From: Octopus sinensis
Taxonomy: Eukaryota
Direction of reading: 5' to 3'
Assembly: GCF_006345805.1 (NCBI RefSeq)
Contig: NC_042997.1
Location: 205,096,001-205,160,000, forward strand
DNA length: 64,000 bases
Shown here: in pieces, positions 25,581 to 38,555 of the stretch
Layout of the letters: each line of letters opens with the position of its first letter
Numbering within the stretch: the first letter of the stretch is position 1
The notes under the pieces: generated by a model
Database searches by the model: none
Seen by the model: the letters and a program-made list of their open reading frames with translations, nothing else
Told to the model about the DNA's origin: nothing
Program-made: the position numbers and the translations under genes

Positions 25581-25975
25581 AGCGGCGAACTGGCAGAAGC
25601 GTTAGCACGCCGGGCGAAATGCGTAGCCGTATTTCGTCTGCCGTTACGTTCTGTATTCAAATTCCGCCGAGGTCGACTTTGCCTTTCATCCTTTCAGGGT
25701 CGATAAATTAAATACCAGTTACACAGTGGGGTCGATGTAATCGATATAATCCGTATGTATGTCCTTGTTTGCCCTCTTTGTTTTTAGCTCCTTGTGCGTA
25801 GTAAAGAAATAGGTATTTCGCAAGCTGTTGCGTTCTGAGTTCAAACTCCGCCGAGATCGACTTTGCCTTTCATCCTTTCGGGGTCGATTAATTAAGAACC
25901 TGTTTCGTACTGATGTCGATGTAATCAGCTGGACCCTCCTCAAAAATTTCGGCCGCGTGCCTTGAATAGAAAAGC
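25581..25975 (+). mobile_element. SINE family 1, full head plus second module
   Basis: gcggcgaactggcagaagcgttagcacgccgggcgaaatgc (A-box-like) and attcaaattcc (B-box-like). Confidence 0.8.
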
Positions 25976-25976
25976 T

Positions 25977-26015
<39 letters not shown>

Positions 26016-26248
26016 GTATGTATATACAAAGAAAGAGAGAGGGGGGAATAAAAATAATTTCATCATGCAAAAAAAAAAATGATTTAATTATTTTAGTGAT
26101 TACAGTTACGAGACTAATGAATAATGTCCTGCATCATAGACAGAGATGCTGTGTAGACGCTAGAACTGCATCAAAGAGTAGTCACTCTCTCTCTCTCTCT
26201 CTCTCTCCCTCTCTCTCCCTCTCTCTCTGTCCTTCTCTCTATCTCTGC

Positions 26249-26289
<41 letters not shown>

Positions 26290-26438
26290 AGAGAGAACCT
26301 ATCGACGTAGGTGTATCATAGAATAATAGTTATTTGAATAAATCATTTTATATATTGTGCGTTTGTGTTTGTGAGTGTAACATATGTATGTGAATATAAA
26401 TACACACACACACACATATATATACATATATATACATG

Positions 26439-26509
<71 letters not shown>

Positions 26510-27787
26510 TTATACGTACACAAATACACACACGTACATCCATACGTATATATAAAGCTGAGTGGGGACGCTAAACTCCCTTGTTCGAAAATATAAAGAT
26601 GCAGATAGTGTGTGGTATAGTTAGCTGGAGACGATGTTTCCTGGGACTAAATAACAGTGACAATCATCCTAAGCAGGACTGCCGCTTTACGCTGGCAAAT
26701 AATCTTTACTCTGGAGTACTGTCACTGAATGTCTCATATTCAGAGATTTAGAAATAATAAATTTCTACTAACTGGTGACGTAGCTGGGAATAAACAGAGA
26801 GAATTTATATTACAATATCGTGAGTAATAACAATAATAATAATAATAATAATTGTGTACATGCTCAGGTGCACTACAACACGTTGTCGATTTTTGCACTT
26901 GCGAGATGAATTTCGGAACAGAAATAGCGCAGTTCAATTTTCATTCGCCTAAACTTTAAGTGACCCATTTTTGGAGCACTAAGAGTAGAATGTAGATAAA
27001 ACTGAAAATTATCAAAAAAGAATTGAAACTCACATAGTTGCAACTTTTGGTTCCTTCTAGGAGACTAGTTTCTTTCTGTATGCTGTTAAGAACACAAATT
27101 CGAATGTGTATACAAAACTGGTCAGAAAAGAATGATTATTTTAATTGTACGAACATCGATTATTTGATACCGGAAGCATTACTCTTACGTTCCAACTAAG
27201 CTAAGATTTTGATTGTTACAAACAAATGTTTTCTGTCAACATGTCTGCCGACTCATGGGTGTACAAGGCCGCATGCGGCGATTTACATATATATGTATGT
27301 ACAGATATATGTATGTATAGTAGATTATAGTGTTGTATATACGTTCTGCGGGGGGCAGAGCGTATATATACAAGTATATATATATACATATAGATGTAGG
27401 TATGTACATATATGTATATATATATATATGCATATATTTGTATATTATTTATATTATTATATGATCGAACGCCAGGCATCCTTTTCCAAGAAAGTTTTAT
27501 CTTAATAATTACGACGCACACTCTTCTTCTATCCCTTCCGCTCTTCTTCTATCTCTTCTCTGTCAATCTATCTCCCTCCCTTATTCTTCTTCCTTTCCAT
27601 TTTTCTCTCCTACCCTTTCCCTATTCTTCTCCTCTCCCACCCACCGTTCCCCTCTCCCCCTCTCTCTCTCTCACTCGACTCTCTCGTCGTTGTGACGTGA
27701 CGACAGGTGATCTATATTTCACTTCCTTCGTAAAGAAAAGACGTGCTTTTACCTGTCTCTTCTCATATTTGAGACCTTGTGTATAAT

Positions 27788-27855
<68 letters not shown>

Positions 27856-28435
27856 TTATTTTTATTATTACTATTATTATTATTATTGAGTGAGAGAGCA
27901 GTGCATGCCATCAAAGTGACACTGGGATAAAATATACGAAGCCCAATATACCCATCATGACTACCCGGCTGATAAGGGTACACCAGGCACATGCATCACA
28001 ACCATATGTGCGCGACATGGTGATCTCATATCAAGATAAACAACGCATGACCTTGCAGGTGGGGCCCAGTTAGAATTTTCTTCTGGTCGAGTAACCCATC
28101 CTGCTCAAAAGGTCCCTGAGTAAGGGTTGTTTAAGGATGTTGAACGAAACACCCATGTTTCCAGAGGTGAATTATTCAAACCCCAAAGAATCCCTCTCAA
28201 CACATGGCTATGATACTCCCCCACTACTTCTGCCCGTGATCAGAGATGCACATATCGTCAGCCACTAAGGGACAGTCTCAACTGGTTAAGGTCAAACAAC
28301 TGACAAGCAAATCTGTGGTATTGAGCAGAATATTTACTGTAGCCCATCTTTTATACCAAGACAAAACAATGTACATGATAATACTTCCAATCATTTAAGA
28401 TGAGAAGCCATGAAAGCCACTGCCTGCTACTGTCG

Positions 28436-28490
<55 letters not shown>

Positions 28491-28829
28491 TATCATTATA
28501 GCCTCTGCCTTCGCTAAGGCGGAGGTATTGTTTCAGTCGTGTTTGTCCGTGGAAAAGATATCTCAAGAACTGCTGGATGGATTCGGATGAAACTTTCAGG
28601 GATGTTTAGTCTCGTGACTAGCACGAGCTGATAAGACTTTCTGATCGGTCCGGGACCGGACAAGGATTCTGGATCATTTGTTATATTTACTTTACTTTAC
28701 ATGAAGTATTACGATCTTACGTTAACCTTCAAGTCTTTCTCTGATTATCTCCCTTGATATCACGCTTATGGTTTCCCCGTAAGTTATAGCAGCGTCGCTG
28801 TTCCCAAAGATCTATTTTCACTACTCCCA

Positions 28830-29880
28830 CTTTTACTTGGTACACACAGTTTGTCTGTGTCACTTTTCGGGTGGAGTGTCCCATATCTACTTAGCAGCTT
28901 CCTTGTCTTTCTCTCTAAGCTGTTTAGTTCTTCTACTGTCCGTGCGATTACCCCTGTTCAATATCTAAGGAGTGAAACAGCCCCGGTATTGATAGCTTCA
29001 ATCTTACTCCGTTCAATTAATTTCGACTTAAGGATCAGTCTCAGTCTGTGCAAGTACGCCAACATAAATTTTTCTGTCATTTCTTTCTCCATCAATTTAT
29101 CCATTTCCAATATCCTCAAGTACTTATAGCCCGTCTCTTCTATCTGCTTCATAACCTTCCCCGACGGTATCGATTGTCCGTCCATGCATATGATTTTGCC
29201 TCTCCTCAAGTCTAACACACCACACTTTCTCAGTCCGAACTTCATTTTGATATCAGCACTGACGGTATATACCGTACCAACGAGGGAACTGACTTAGGCT
29301 TCATCTTTACCATAAAATTTGAGGTCATCCATGAAAAACATATGGTTGACTTTTTGTTGGCGGCTTTTGAATACATACCCAGCCTTTGCTTTCCTCACAA
29401 TCAGTGTTAATGGTATCATGCACAGTACAAAGATCAGTGGGGACAGGTAGACCCCTTGCAAGATGCCTCACCTGATTTCTCTTGTCCTAAACTTCTTCCA
29501 CATGCTGTCAGTTCCGTCCTCCACTTCGCCCTACTGTTGCGAAGCAATCGCTCAACATTCGATGGAATACCAAGTAGGTTCATACATTCTATAATCCAAG
29601 AATGTGGGACCATATCGGATGCCTTACGATAATCGATCCATGACATGGCTAAGTTACTTTTCTTCCTCTTATAGTCCCTAAGTACAGTTTTGTTTATCAG
29701 AAGTCGATCCTTGGTACCAGATGTCCGTACACTGACTCTGCGAGTATTCCAGTCAATAATTCCTACGTAATTGGTAAGCAGGATATCGGCCTGTAATTGT
29801 CTACCGTATTCCCTTTTTCAGTGTTTTCAAGCACAGTACTCTCCTACCCAATGTCAACCAGTGTAGTGTTACTTTGTCGA
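28830..29880 (-). mobile_element. R4/Dong-like RT fragment (duplicate of ~14970..15960)
   Basis: WIDYRKASDMVPHSWII, MKFGLRKC, INTGAVSLLRY. Truncated by the SINE array. Confidence 0.8.
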
Positions 29881-30899
29881 AAGGCAAAGTTGACCTCCAT
29901 GGAATTTGTACTCAGAACGTAGCGACGTGCGAAATGCCTATTTCTCTACTACCCACAAGGAGGTAAACACAGAGGGGACAAGCAAGGACAGACAAACGGA
30001 TTAAGTCGATTACATCGACCCCAGTGCTTAACTGGTACTTAATATATCGACCCTGAAATGTTGAAAGGCAAAGTCGACCTCTGCGTAATTTGAACTCAGA
30101 ACGTAACGGCAGACGAAATACCGCTAAGCATTTCGCCCGGCGTGCTAACCTTTCTGCCAGTTTGCTGCTTAATAACTGGAGATAATAATCTTTTTTGCTA
30201 CAGGCACAGGGGCAGAGATTTCAAGGGATCGGGGTGGGGACTATCGATGACATCGACCCCAGTGATCATCAGGTACCTATTTCATCAATCCTGAAAGCAT
30301 GGAAAGCAAAGTCGATCTTGGCAGAATTTGAACTCAGAACGCAAAGATGGACGAAATACTGCTAAGCATTTTGTCCAATATGCTAACGATTCTGCCAGCT
30401 CACTACCTTAATAGCGAAAAACAGCAGTGTCAGTAAATACTATATATCATAAATATTTCTGTAATAATATTCTTTTCTACTCTAGGCACAAGGCCCGAAT
30501 TTTTGGGGGAAGGGGCCAGTTGATTAGATCGACTCCAGTTCGCAACTGGTACTTAATTTATCGACCCCAAAAGGATGAAAGGCAAAGTCGACCTCGGTGG
30601 AATTTGAACTCAGAACGTAGCGGGAGAGGAAATTCCGCTAAGCATTTCACCCGGAGTGCTAACGTTTCTTATTTCTTTATTGCCCACAAGGGGCTAAACA
30701 TAGAGAGGACAAATAAGGAGAGACAAACGGATTAAGTCGATTATATCGACCCCAGTGCGTAACTGGTACTTATTTAATCGACCCCGAAAGGATGAAAGGC
30801 AAAGCCGACCTCGGCGGAATTTGAACTCAGAACGTAACGGCAGACGAAATACGTCTACGCATTTCGTCCGGCGTGCTAACGATTCTGCCAGCTCGCCGC
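29878..30899 (-). mobile_element. Concatemer of about five SINE family 1 modules
   Basis: Repeated gaaaggcaaagtcgacctc..ggaatttgaactcagaacg blocks near 29880, 30062, 30300, 30575 and 30790. Head ends at gctcgccgc 30899. Confidence 0.8.
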
Positions 30900-30919
30900 T
30901 TTTATTACTCTATTAATGA

Positions 30920-31315
30920 TAAGACATTTTGGGTTCATATTTTCTGAAGTACTTCTCTTGCATCGCATGCAATCGGAAGTATCTTGTTAAGAAGGACGGA
31001 ACTTAACAGAGTAAAGTGGATCATACACACCCTTGTCTTGATAAATTCTTTAAGCACTCTGATTCCTGTTTACTATAAAGAGAGGAGTGATACATCAGTA
31101 TATCTCATGTGAAAGTCTATCCTAGTTTTACTGTGAATACTGAGACATAATATTTGATATTAATTCAGTTTTATTTCATCAAACTAACTATAAACTTAAA
31201 AGATATGCTGCTATAATAATTTCCAGTGATCTCAACATTGGTTCAGTGATTTAAAATGTCTACTCAGAGTCAACGTGATCGGTGAGACGACATATTAAAC
31301 AGCTAAACTGTAAGT
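30920..31315 (+). promoter_or_regulatory. Putative promoter and non-coding exon 1 of paralog C, ending at donor ACT|GTAAGT (GT at 31310)
   Basis: Not matched to any repeat family I recognise; homologous to 59940..60426, with 37 identical bp. Similarity stops just after the donor. Lies ~780 bp upstream of the acceptor at 32090. Confidence 0.6.
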
Positions 31316-31489
31316 TTCATTTTACATAAATTACGGCACTCGATTTGTCTATCTCTTTCTCGTTTCTACTCTTCCTATGCAGCACATATAAATACACACA
31401 TACATGCATGCATGCATACATATCTACATATGTATGCATGCATGTATGTATGTATGTATGTATGTAGTATGTATGTATGTATGTGTCTG

Positions 31490-31502
31490 ACTGTCTATCT
31501 AT

Positions 31503-31551
<49 letters not shown>

Positions 31552-31573
31552 CATCTATCCATCTGTCTATCTG

Positions 31574-31612
<39 letters not shown>

Positions 31613-31632
31613 CTCTATCTCTCTCTCTCTCA

Positions 31633-31705
<73 letters not shown>

Positions 31706-31735
31706 CATCTGTCTATCTGTCTGTCTATCTATCTG

Positions 31736-31793
<58 letters not shown>

Positions 31794-31820
31794 AATCTCT
31801 CTATCTCTCTCGCTCTCTCA

Positions 31821-31866
<46 letters not shown>

Positions 31867-31888
31867 CTCTATCTCTCTCTCTCTCTCA

Positions 31889-31926
<38 letters not shown>

Positions 31927-31927
31927 G

Positions 31928-31989
<62 letters not shown>

Positions 31990-31990
31990 A

Positions 31991-32025
<35 letters not shown>

Positions 32026-32026
32026 A

Positions 32027-32068
<42 letters not shown>
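31490..32068. repeat. (ATCT)n microsatellite in the presumed 5' UTR intron of paralog C
   Basis: Directly visible. Stop-free in two frames, which produces the YLSI extension of ORF 31477..34305. Confidence 0.95.
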
Positions 32069-32100
32069 ACTTGTATATTCTCTTCTGCAGAAAACGAAAT

Positions 32101-34305
32101 ATGGCTGCCATGCAGATGAAATTAACAGCAACCAGTACTCTTTACCTTGTGATTACTTTTATTGTCGTTCTGATATCAATAAATATCGATGCGAAGGAAC
32201 TTGGAAGTAATTGTGAAATTAAAATTTCCCCCAATATCCATAAGATTTTATCTCGTTTTATAAAATCAGACAAAAAGGTTTTCAATTTTGATGTCCATTT
32301 ATCCGACTCAAGGCTTGATGTCTTATTGAATCCCGTACGAATGGATTATTTCGCGAACGCGAGACAATTTACCTGGATTCCAGAGAAACCAGATGGTTTG
32401 ATTGCGTATAAGAATTTCTATTATGATTTTTCAATTTACTCTTTGAATTTATTAGGAGCTTACATTGCTACTCCTAGGGTTGATATCGATATAAATTGTG
32501 GAAAACAAAATATTCAGAGACATGATCTAATACATTTGATTTTCGGGGAATTGAAGAGAATTGTATTAATCGATACATTGGAAATAGGAGAATCTGGTTA
32601 CATGTGTTTTCTAATAAATTTATCTCAAGACATGAAGAAGAACAGTCCCGAGTCATTAAAGGCTTACAGAAGATTGGGTATAAATAGAGAGTTGGTGAAG
32701 AACTATTGCTGTAATCTCTATAAAAATGAAAGCTATGTTTATCACCCAAAATTGATTTGTTCTGGAAATATCATGGAAAATAGTATGTTTCTCAATTATG
32801 CAAATATCGTCGGAGCTGTTGTTTGGGCATATTTTCCCTTAATTATTAGTGTTCTTTCACTTACGAAATCACCTTCATTTTCCCGTCAAAACACATTGCC
32901 ATACAAATTAGAATGGATCAACAAAAACCATAATACTTACAATTTCCCTGATTTTCTTTCTTGGTTATTTTGCTTTCATCATTCCACTTTCTTGGCCTCA
33001 AGACTAAGAAGATTCCTTTGTATTTTATTTTCTCTTTCAGTAATTTTCCTGGATCTTTTGATGCATTACTTCTTTTTATATGAAACAACCAAAATACTTT
33101 TCCAAGATGGTATACCATTGGGTCATCTCGCCTTAATATTAGGTTTTTCACAAAGTTATGAGAATACAGATGGCTTTTTTGGTGGTCCCTTTGTGTGGCT
33201 CATCAGTTTCATATTTTTCAACTTGATTCTCTTCATCCTTCCCACCCGTGTAAGTGAGACTGTGGCGTATAATACATTACATCAAAGATCCACTTTCACG
33301 TTTCTCATTCAAAATATCACATTATTAGAGAAGTATGGCAGTTTAAATGTTTCTACACTACAGGATTATGATCTACTCTATGCAATAATGAAAGCTAATA
33401 TTTCTACTGCTTTAAACCCAAATTTCTGGCATTTAATAATTTATACTTGGATTAAACGTTTTAAGAAAATTTGGTTATATTACTACAGGAGAAATATTTT
33501 CTGCCAATTCATATTGCTTTGGTTTTTTATTGCGATCACAATTTTATTTGCTGTATTTTCTGTCTGTGAATTAATTCTGTGTTTGATTTATTACGGAATC
33601 CCAACTGTTTATTTGATATTAACTTTACCAGCAAGTTATTTTAGAGTTTATATTCTTCCTCTTTATCTGAATGTTAATATTATTTTCAGTTTTGTAGCTA
33701 TACTTATTACTTTTCTATCGTTTCCGTTTTATATATTATGGGCCCTTTATTCAATCTTTATATTTCTTACAAGTTTCCACATCTTATGCTACTACATATT
33801 TACGATAGCTGTTGCACTTCTTGCTGAACCTGATAATGTCGGTGACGTATGGTTTGTTGCCATGTTTTTCGTGTATTGCATTGCAATTGTGAACGCTAAT
33901 ATAAGGCAGTATCAATCAGTAATAGTTAATTCTGTAAAGCTCGTTAAAGTTTTTCGTCCAAATTTAGTTCAGACAAATTATGGAGAAGAATTCATAAATG
34001 CCAGTTTGTTCAAGACAATTGTTAACCGTCATTTTCCATTGAGATTCGAGATTGGTAAATCCATTGTAAAACTGTTTCTAATCGTATCTTTTTTCTGTGC
34101 TTGCAACAATATAATAAGTCGAAATGATTTCGACTTATCAACGTTCACAAAGATTTCTTTGATATTGATGACGTCTTTGATACCTAAATTATTGGCGATA
34201 ATTAATGCTAAATTTGGTTTAACTATATCCCTGACACATAAAATTATCGAAACGATTATTGTATTTGACGATGGCGCAGCACCACATACCAGTTTGTCAA
34301 TTTAA
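32101..34305 (+). CDS. Paralog C: uncharacterised 734-aa multipass membrane protein; true start MAAMQ at 32101
   Basis: Colinear with paralog B (roughly 70% identical by eye), all six ectodomain Cys conserved, start preceded by tcttctgcAG|aaaacgaaat. Confidence 0.9.
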   Translation: MAAMQMKLTATSTLYLVITFIVVLISINIDAKELGSNCEIKISPNIHKILSRFIKSDKKVFNFDVHLSDSRLDVLLNPVRMDYFANARQFTWIPEKPDGLIAYKNFYYDFSIYSLNLLGAYIATPRVDIDINCGKQNIQRHDLIHLIFGELKRIVLIDTLEIGESGYMCFLINLSQDMKKNSPESLKAYRRLGINRELVKNYCCNLYKNESYVYHPKLICSGNIMENSMFLNYANIVGAVVWAYFPLIISVLSLTKSPSFSRQNTLPYKLEWINKNHNTYNFPDFLSWLFCFHHSTFLASRLRRFLCILFSLSVIFLDLLMHYFFLYETTKILFQDGIPLGHLALILGFSQSYENTDGFFGGPFVWLISFIFFNLILFILPTRVSETVAYNTLHQRSTFTFLIQNITLLEKYGSLNVSTLQDYDLLYAIMKANISTALNPNFWHLIIYTWIKRFKKIWLYYYRRNIFCQFILLWFFIAITILFAVFSVCELILCLIYYGIPTVYLILTLPASYFRVYILPLYLNVNIIFSFVAILITFLSFPFYILWALYSIFIFLTSFHILCYYIFTIAVALLAEPDNVGDVWFVAMFFVYCIAIVNANIRQYQSVIVNSVKLVKVFRPNLVQTNYGEEFINASLFKTIVNRHFPLRFEIGKSIVKLFLIVSFFCACNNIISRNDFDLSTFTKISLILMTSLIPKLLAIINAKFGLTISLTHKIIETIIVFDDGAAPHTSLSI

Positions 34306-34379
34306 TTATTTTCAGTAAAATACAGTTATGAAATTTTCTGAAATTTCTTTCTATTCTCTAAATACATTTTATCATCTAA

Positions 34380-35940
34380 TAACGGCAATATGCATTGACG
34401 TATACAGAAACACAGAATCGCAAACACAAATCAAAAGAAATCCAAGACAACATAAAAGGAAACAATTCAACATATGTCAAAATTCCGAAACCCATAGATA
34501 TGAAAATAAGTTTTATCCGAGACGATACCTAAAAGTGTCCATCAGGAAACAAATCTAGTTAGTTTCGATGTAACTAGTCTATGCACCAACATGCCACAAG
34601 ACCTAGGAATTGAAGCTATAAACTTCTGGTTAACAAAAACACTCGAACGATATCATGGAAAGATTCTCAAAAACTTTCATTGTAGAAGGATCAAAATTAA
34701 TTTTGGAAATTAATCACTCTTCCTTCGATAACAACTTCTACTTACAAATAAAAGGAACGGTGATGGTGACAAAAGTAGCCCCCACATATGGAACACTCGT
34801 TATAGGCTTCTTAGAGGTCAAACTTTATTCCCAACTAACAGAAACATTTAACGAACAATTCTCCATTTATATAAAAAACAACAACAATTGGAAACGATGT
34901 TTGGACGATTGCTTTATATTCTGGACCAAACATCAAGAAGACTTCAGAATATTTGACTCATTTTTAAACAACTTCCACACTTGAATAAAATTCACTATGG
35001 AAAAAAATTCAAACGAATTGCCATTTTTGGACTTCTAATTAAAGAAAATAACACTATAAAAACATATCTCTTCTACAAATCTACAGACACACACCAATAT
35101 TTGAACTTTCATTCCTCCCATCGCTTACATACCAAAAGGAACATACCATTTAATATGGTAAAAAGAATTTGCACGATAGTAATTGATGCAGAATTAAGAG
35201 ACACAAGATTACAGGAATTAAATATATTTCAAAAGGAACAAAAATCCCACTAGCTTAATTGAGACAGCAATCATCAAAGCAAAACACATTCTAACCACAA
35301 CCCTCAGAGGAAAACAAACACACAAACATAAAAATAAAAAACGAACACATAAGCATTCTTTTTGTCATCACTCACAACCCAAGAAATCACGACGTCATCA
35401 ACACTGCAAATTGATATCCCCCAATCCTTCAACATTCATCTAGAATTAACCAATTAATAACAAATTCAAAAACAATTTATAGCTGACCGCAAGCAGCCAA
35501 CATAAAAAACCTCTTAACCCAAGCAAAATTTACAACCAGAGAAACAACAGAGAGAGTTAGAAAATGTGTTGACCCTCGTTGTGGAACGTGTGACTACATT
35601 GAAGAGGGAGTACAACTTACTTTCAAAAACAATGACACTTTCAAAATAAATGCTAATATGAATTGCAAATTCAGGAATTTAATCTCCTGTGCCATATGCC
35701 GCGAATGCAACGAATACTACATTGGTGAAACGGGCATTGGACTATACGAGAGAGTAAGGGTACACAAACAACAGATCCATGAAACAACTGATCCGTTAGA
35801 AACACATGTAGCAAACATTTTGAAAAATGTGGAAAAAGAAAATACAAAATATTCCCTTTCTTCAAACTGTGGACAGAAAATGAACATTTTCGTAAGGCCC
35901 AGGAAGAATATTTTATTCAAAAGTATAAGCCTAAACTAAA
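34380..35940 (+). mobile_element. Degenerate 5'-truncated Penelope-like element (RT + Cys linker + GIY-YIG)
   Basis: LVSFDVTSL, YLQIKGTVMVTKVAP, WKRCLDDCFIFW, QYLNFHSSH..KRNIPFNM, KCVDPRCGTCDYI, CRECNEYYIGETG. The CxxxRCxxC linker suggests the Neptune group. Confidence 0.85.
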
Positions 35941-37266
35941 CCAAAAATAATACCACAACCACCAGAACTGCCATCTCAACAATCCACAGAAAGACACCAA
36001 CCAAACACTGAATACGGAAAAGTATTTATGAATTGAATTGAGCTAGTTTCGGCTCACAATCTGTGACCATGCTGGGGCACCACCATATGATTGTACGACA
36101 TGCACATTTTTTTTACTTCACTAAAAGATTTTTTTAGAACTTGGACATTCGATGCATGAGAGAATCTGACACCGCTGCCTTCTCTTACACTTCATGCTGT
36201 GAAGTTACATTCATCTGGAACTCTTAAGAGTAAGAGATCAAACCCCTCTTTTGATGATACATCTATCTGATACTAGTATGCACTCCTTTTTGTACTATCT
36301 TATGTACGCATGTGCATATATGTGTGGAAATATCTATAGGTGTGTGTGTATATATGTATATATATGTGTTTGCAGGTATGTAAAAATGTATATTCACATA
36401 AAAATATGGAGATACAAGTTTGCACGGATGTACACTCTCTTATGTATGTGTGGACACATATGCATGTGTACACATATATATATGTATGTATGTGTGAGTA
36501 TATTATGTGCGTATATATATATATGTATATATATATGTGAATGTGTGTGTGGGTGTATGTGCGAATGTATGTGTATATAAGTATGTAGATGCATGTGTGT
36601 GTGTGCATGTTTGTGTGTCTTGTGTGTATATGTGTGCGGATGTATGTATACACGCGTGTGTGGATTGTGGATATATGTGTATATAAGTGTATGTGGATGT
36701 ATGCGTGTGCAAGTGTATATGACTAAATAAGGGCACATCAAACCAACTGTGACTAATGAATAAAAGGGACTAAAATCAAAAGATTCACGAAGGTCATCTT
36801 TGGACAAGAACTCAACATTTTTGACTACTCCTAAAAATTATTCCATTTCTTTATTCCTGACAGACTAATCACTTCTCACCACCATTTTCAAATACTTTTG
36901 ACTTCTTAGCTTCCACCTTTTCCTTTGCGCTTTTCGTTTTTTCTTTTTTATTCTGCTGTTGTTGTTTCTTCTTTTTTCACACATGCTGTTGTATTTACTT
37001 TTTGCGTTCTTTTATTGTATTTTTATATTATTTTAAAATTAGTTTTTATACTCTTTATTTTTTCATTTTTCTATCTTTTATTTTCTATTTTTATTTTTCA
37101 TTTGCATACTTGTCAGAAAAAATATTTTGCTATATAAACATCCTTCTAAACCACAGAATCTCAGTTTGAAAACGGCTATGGAAAAGCTCAAAACTCATTA
37201 GAGTAACTGTAAACATTATCATTATAATAAAAATTATCCCCCAGAAGCCATCTTTACTCATTTTTT

Positions 37267-37324
<58 letters not shown>

Positions 37325-37339
37325 GTATACTTCTGATCT

Positions 37340-37678
37340 TCTATTTGTTTTAGTCATTTGACTGCGGTCATGCTGGAGCACTGCCTTTAGTCGAATAAAT
37401 CGACACCAGAATTGATTCTCTGTAAGCCTAGTACTTATTCTATCGGATTTCTTTTGCTGAACCGCTAAGTTACGGGGACGTAAGCACAGCAGCATCGGTT
37501 GTCAAGCGATGTTGGGGGGACAAACACAGGCACACAAAAACACACACACATACACATACAACGGGCTTCTTTCAGTTTCCGTCAACCAAATCCACTCACA
37601 GGGATTTGGTCGGCCCGCGGCTATAGTAGAAGACACTTGCCCAAGGTGCCACGCAGTGCGACTGAACCCGGAACCATG
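37340..37678 (-). mobile_element. SINE family 2, internally deleted
   Basis: Reverse complement of the family 2 body and tail (gcggtcatgctggagcactgcctttagtcga). Confidence 0.8.
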
Positions 37679-38069
37679 TGTATGAATATGTATGAATAAA
37701 TAACAGACGTCTAATGTGTCAATTCACTACAGCTGTTTCCAACGAAATTTTAATTGATTAATAGAAACATTACATCCTTAGAAAAAACGTTTTCCATGAG
37801 GTAAATACATGAGCCACAACATTTAGAAAGATTAAAAAATGAATGGCATATGCACCTTCATGATTGTACGAACCCAGGCAGATGGGTAGTAATATAACAA
37901 TGTAGTATGTGGGTAATGGGGTATCTAAGGTTCATAGCATCGATGGAGGTTAGAGGACTGGGTAGCGGGTGGGGGCGAGGAGAATCGGCCGGCGAAGTAG
38001 CTCATCCCTGCAATTAAGATAGAGTTAGTTCCGCTTATCTTTTAATTCAATTCAACAAGAATTTTAGGG

Positions 38070-38555
38070 TCAATCATCATCATTATTCGACCGTGGTCGA
38101 GATAATGGAATTTACCATGCTACGTCAGACTTCACGGTCCATCATGGCATTACGGAGGTCCTGTTGCTGGATGCCTGTATCCCTGGAGATTACATCAGGG
38201 TAGGAGAGTGTGCGCCCTCTGGTATTGCGAGTAGATGGCTTCCAGAGGAGAAGAGTAGAAATTACCTCTTTTTCAGCTCTACAACAATATCCAGCAAACT
38301 GGACTCTCCTACCTCTCACAAGAGATGACACAGGTGGTAGTTTCCCATATATTTGCATTTTGGTTGGATGACGCTTCCACGAGAGATTTTGAGCTCTCAT
38401 AAGGAGGCGAGTGTAGGTTCCATCCAACCGCCTCTCAAGCTTCTTTGATAACGTCCAGGTTTCTGAGCCATATAGTAGAATTGGTTCGACTGTGGCTTTG
38501 AAGATTTCAAGTTTGAAGTCTCTACTTAGATTTGATGACCAGATCTTATGCATGT
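38070..38555 (-). mobile_element. 5'-truncated RTE/RTEX-like LINE 3' end
   Basis: KLEIFKATVEPILLYGSETWTL..RRVQFAGYC..LLWKP..GR; (gat)n-like tail near 38070. Confidence 0.8.

Larger units (their letters stand above)
20826..29880. repeat. Segmental duplication copy B, colinear with ~1..15960 apart from copy-specific insertions
   Basis: Blocks (approximate): 20826-22486~1-1650; 22500-23225~10310-11035; 26770-27350~11040-11465; 27888-28820~13465-14420; 28840-29880~14970-15960. Confidence 0.9.

Noticed and set aside
31477-32100. 208-aa N-terminal extension of the 942-aa ORF (and ORF 31412..32119)
   Set aside because: Translation of a stop-free (ATCT)n tract. Paralog alignment, the signal peptide and the acceptor at 32090 place the start at 32101.
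36730-37270. Two short hydrophobic minus-strand peptides starting SKD, as possible exons or family fragments
   Set aside because: Similarity to each other and to the paralog C-terminus is too weak, and both are embedded in microsatellites.
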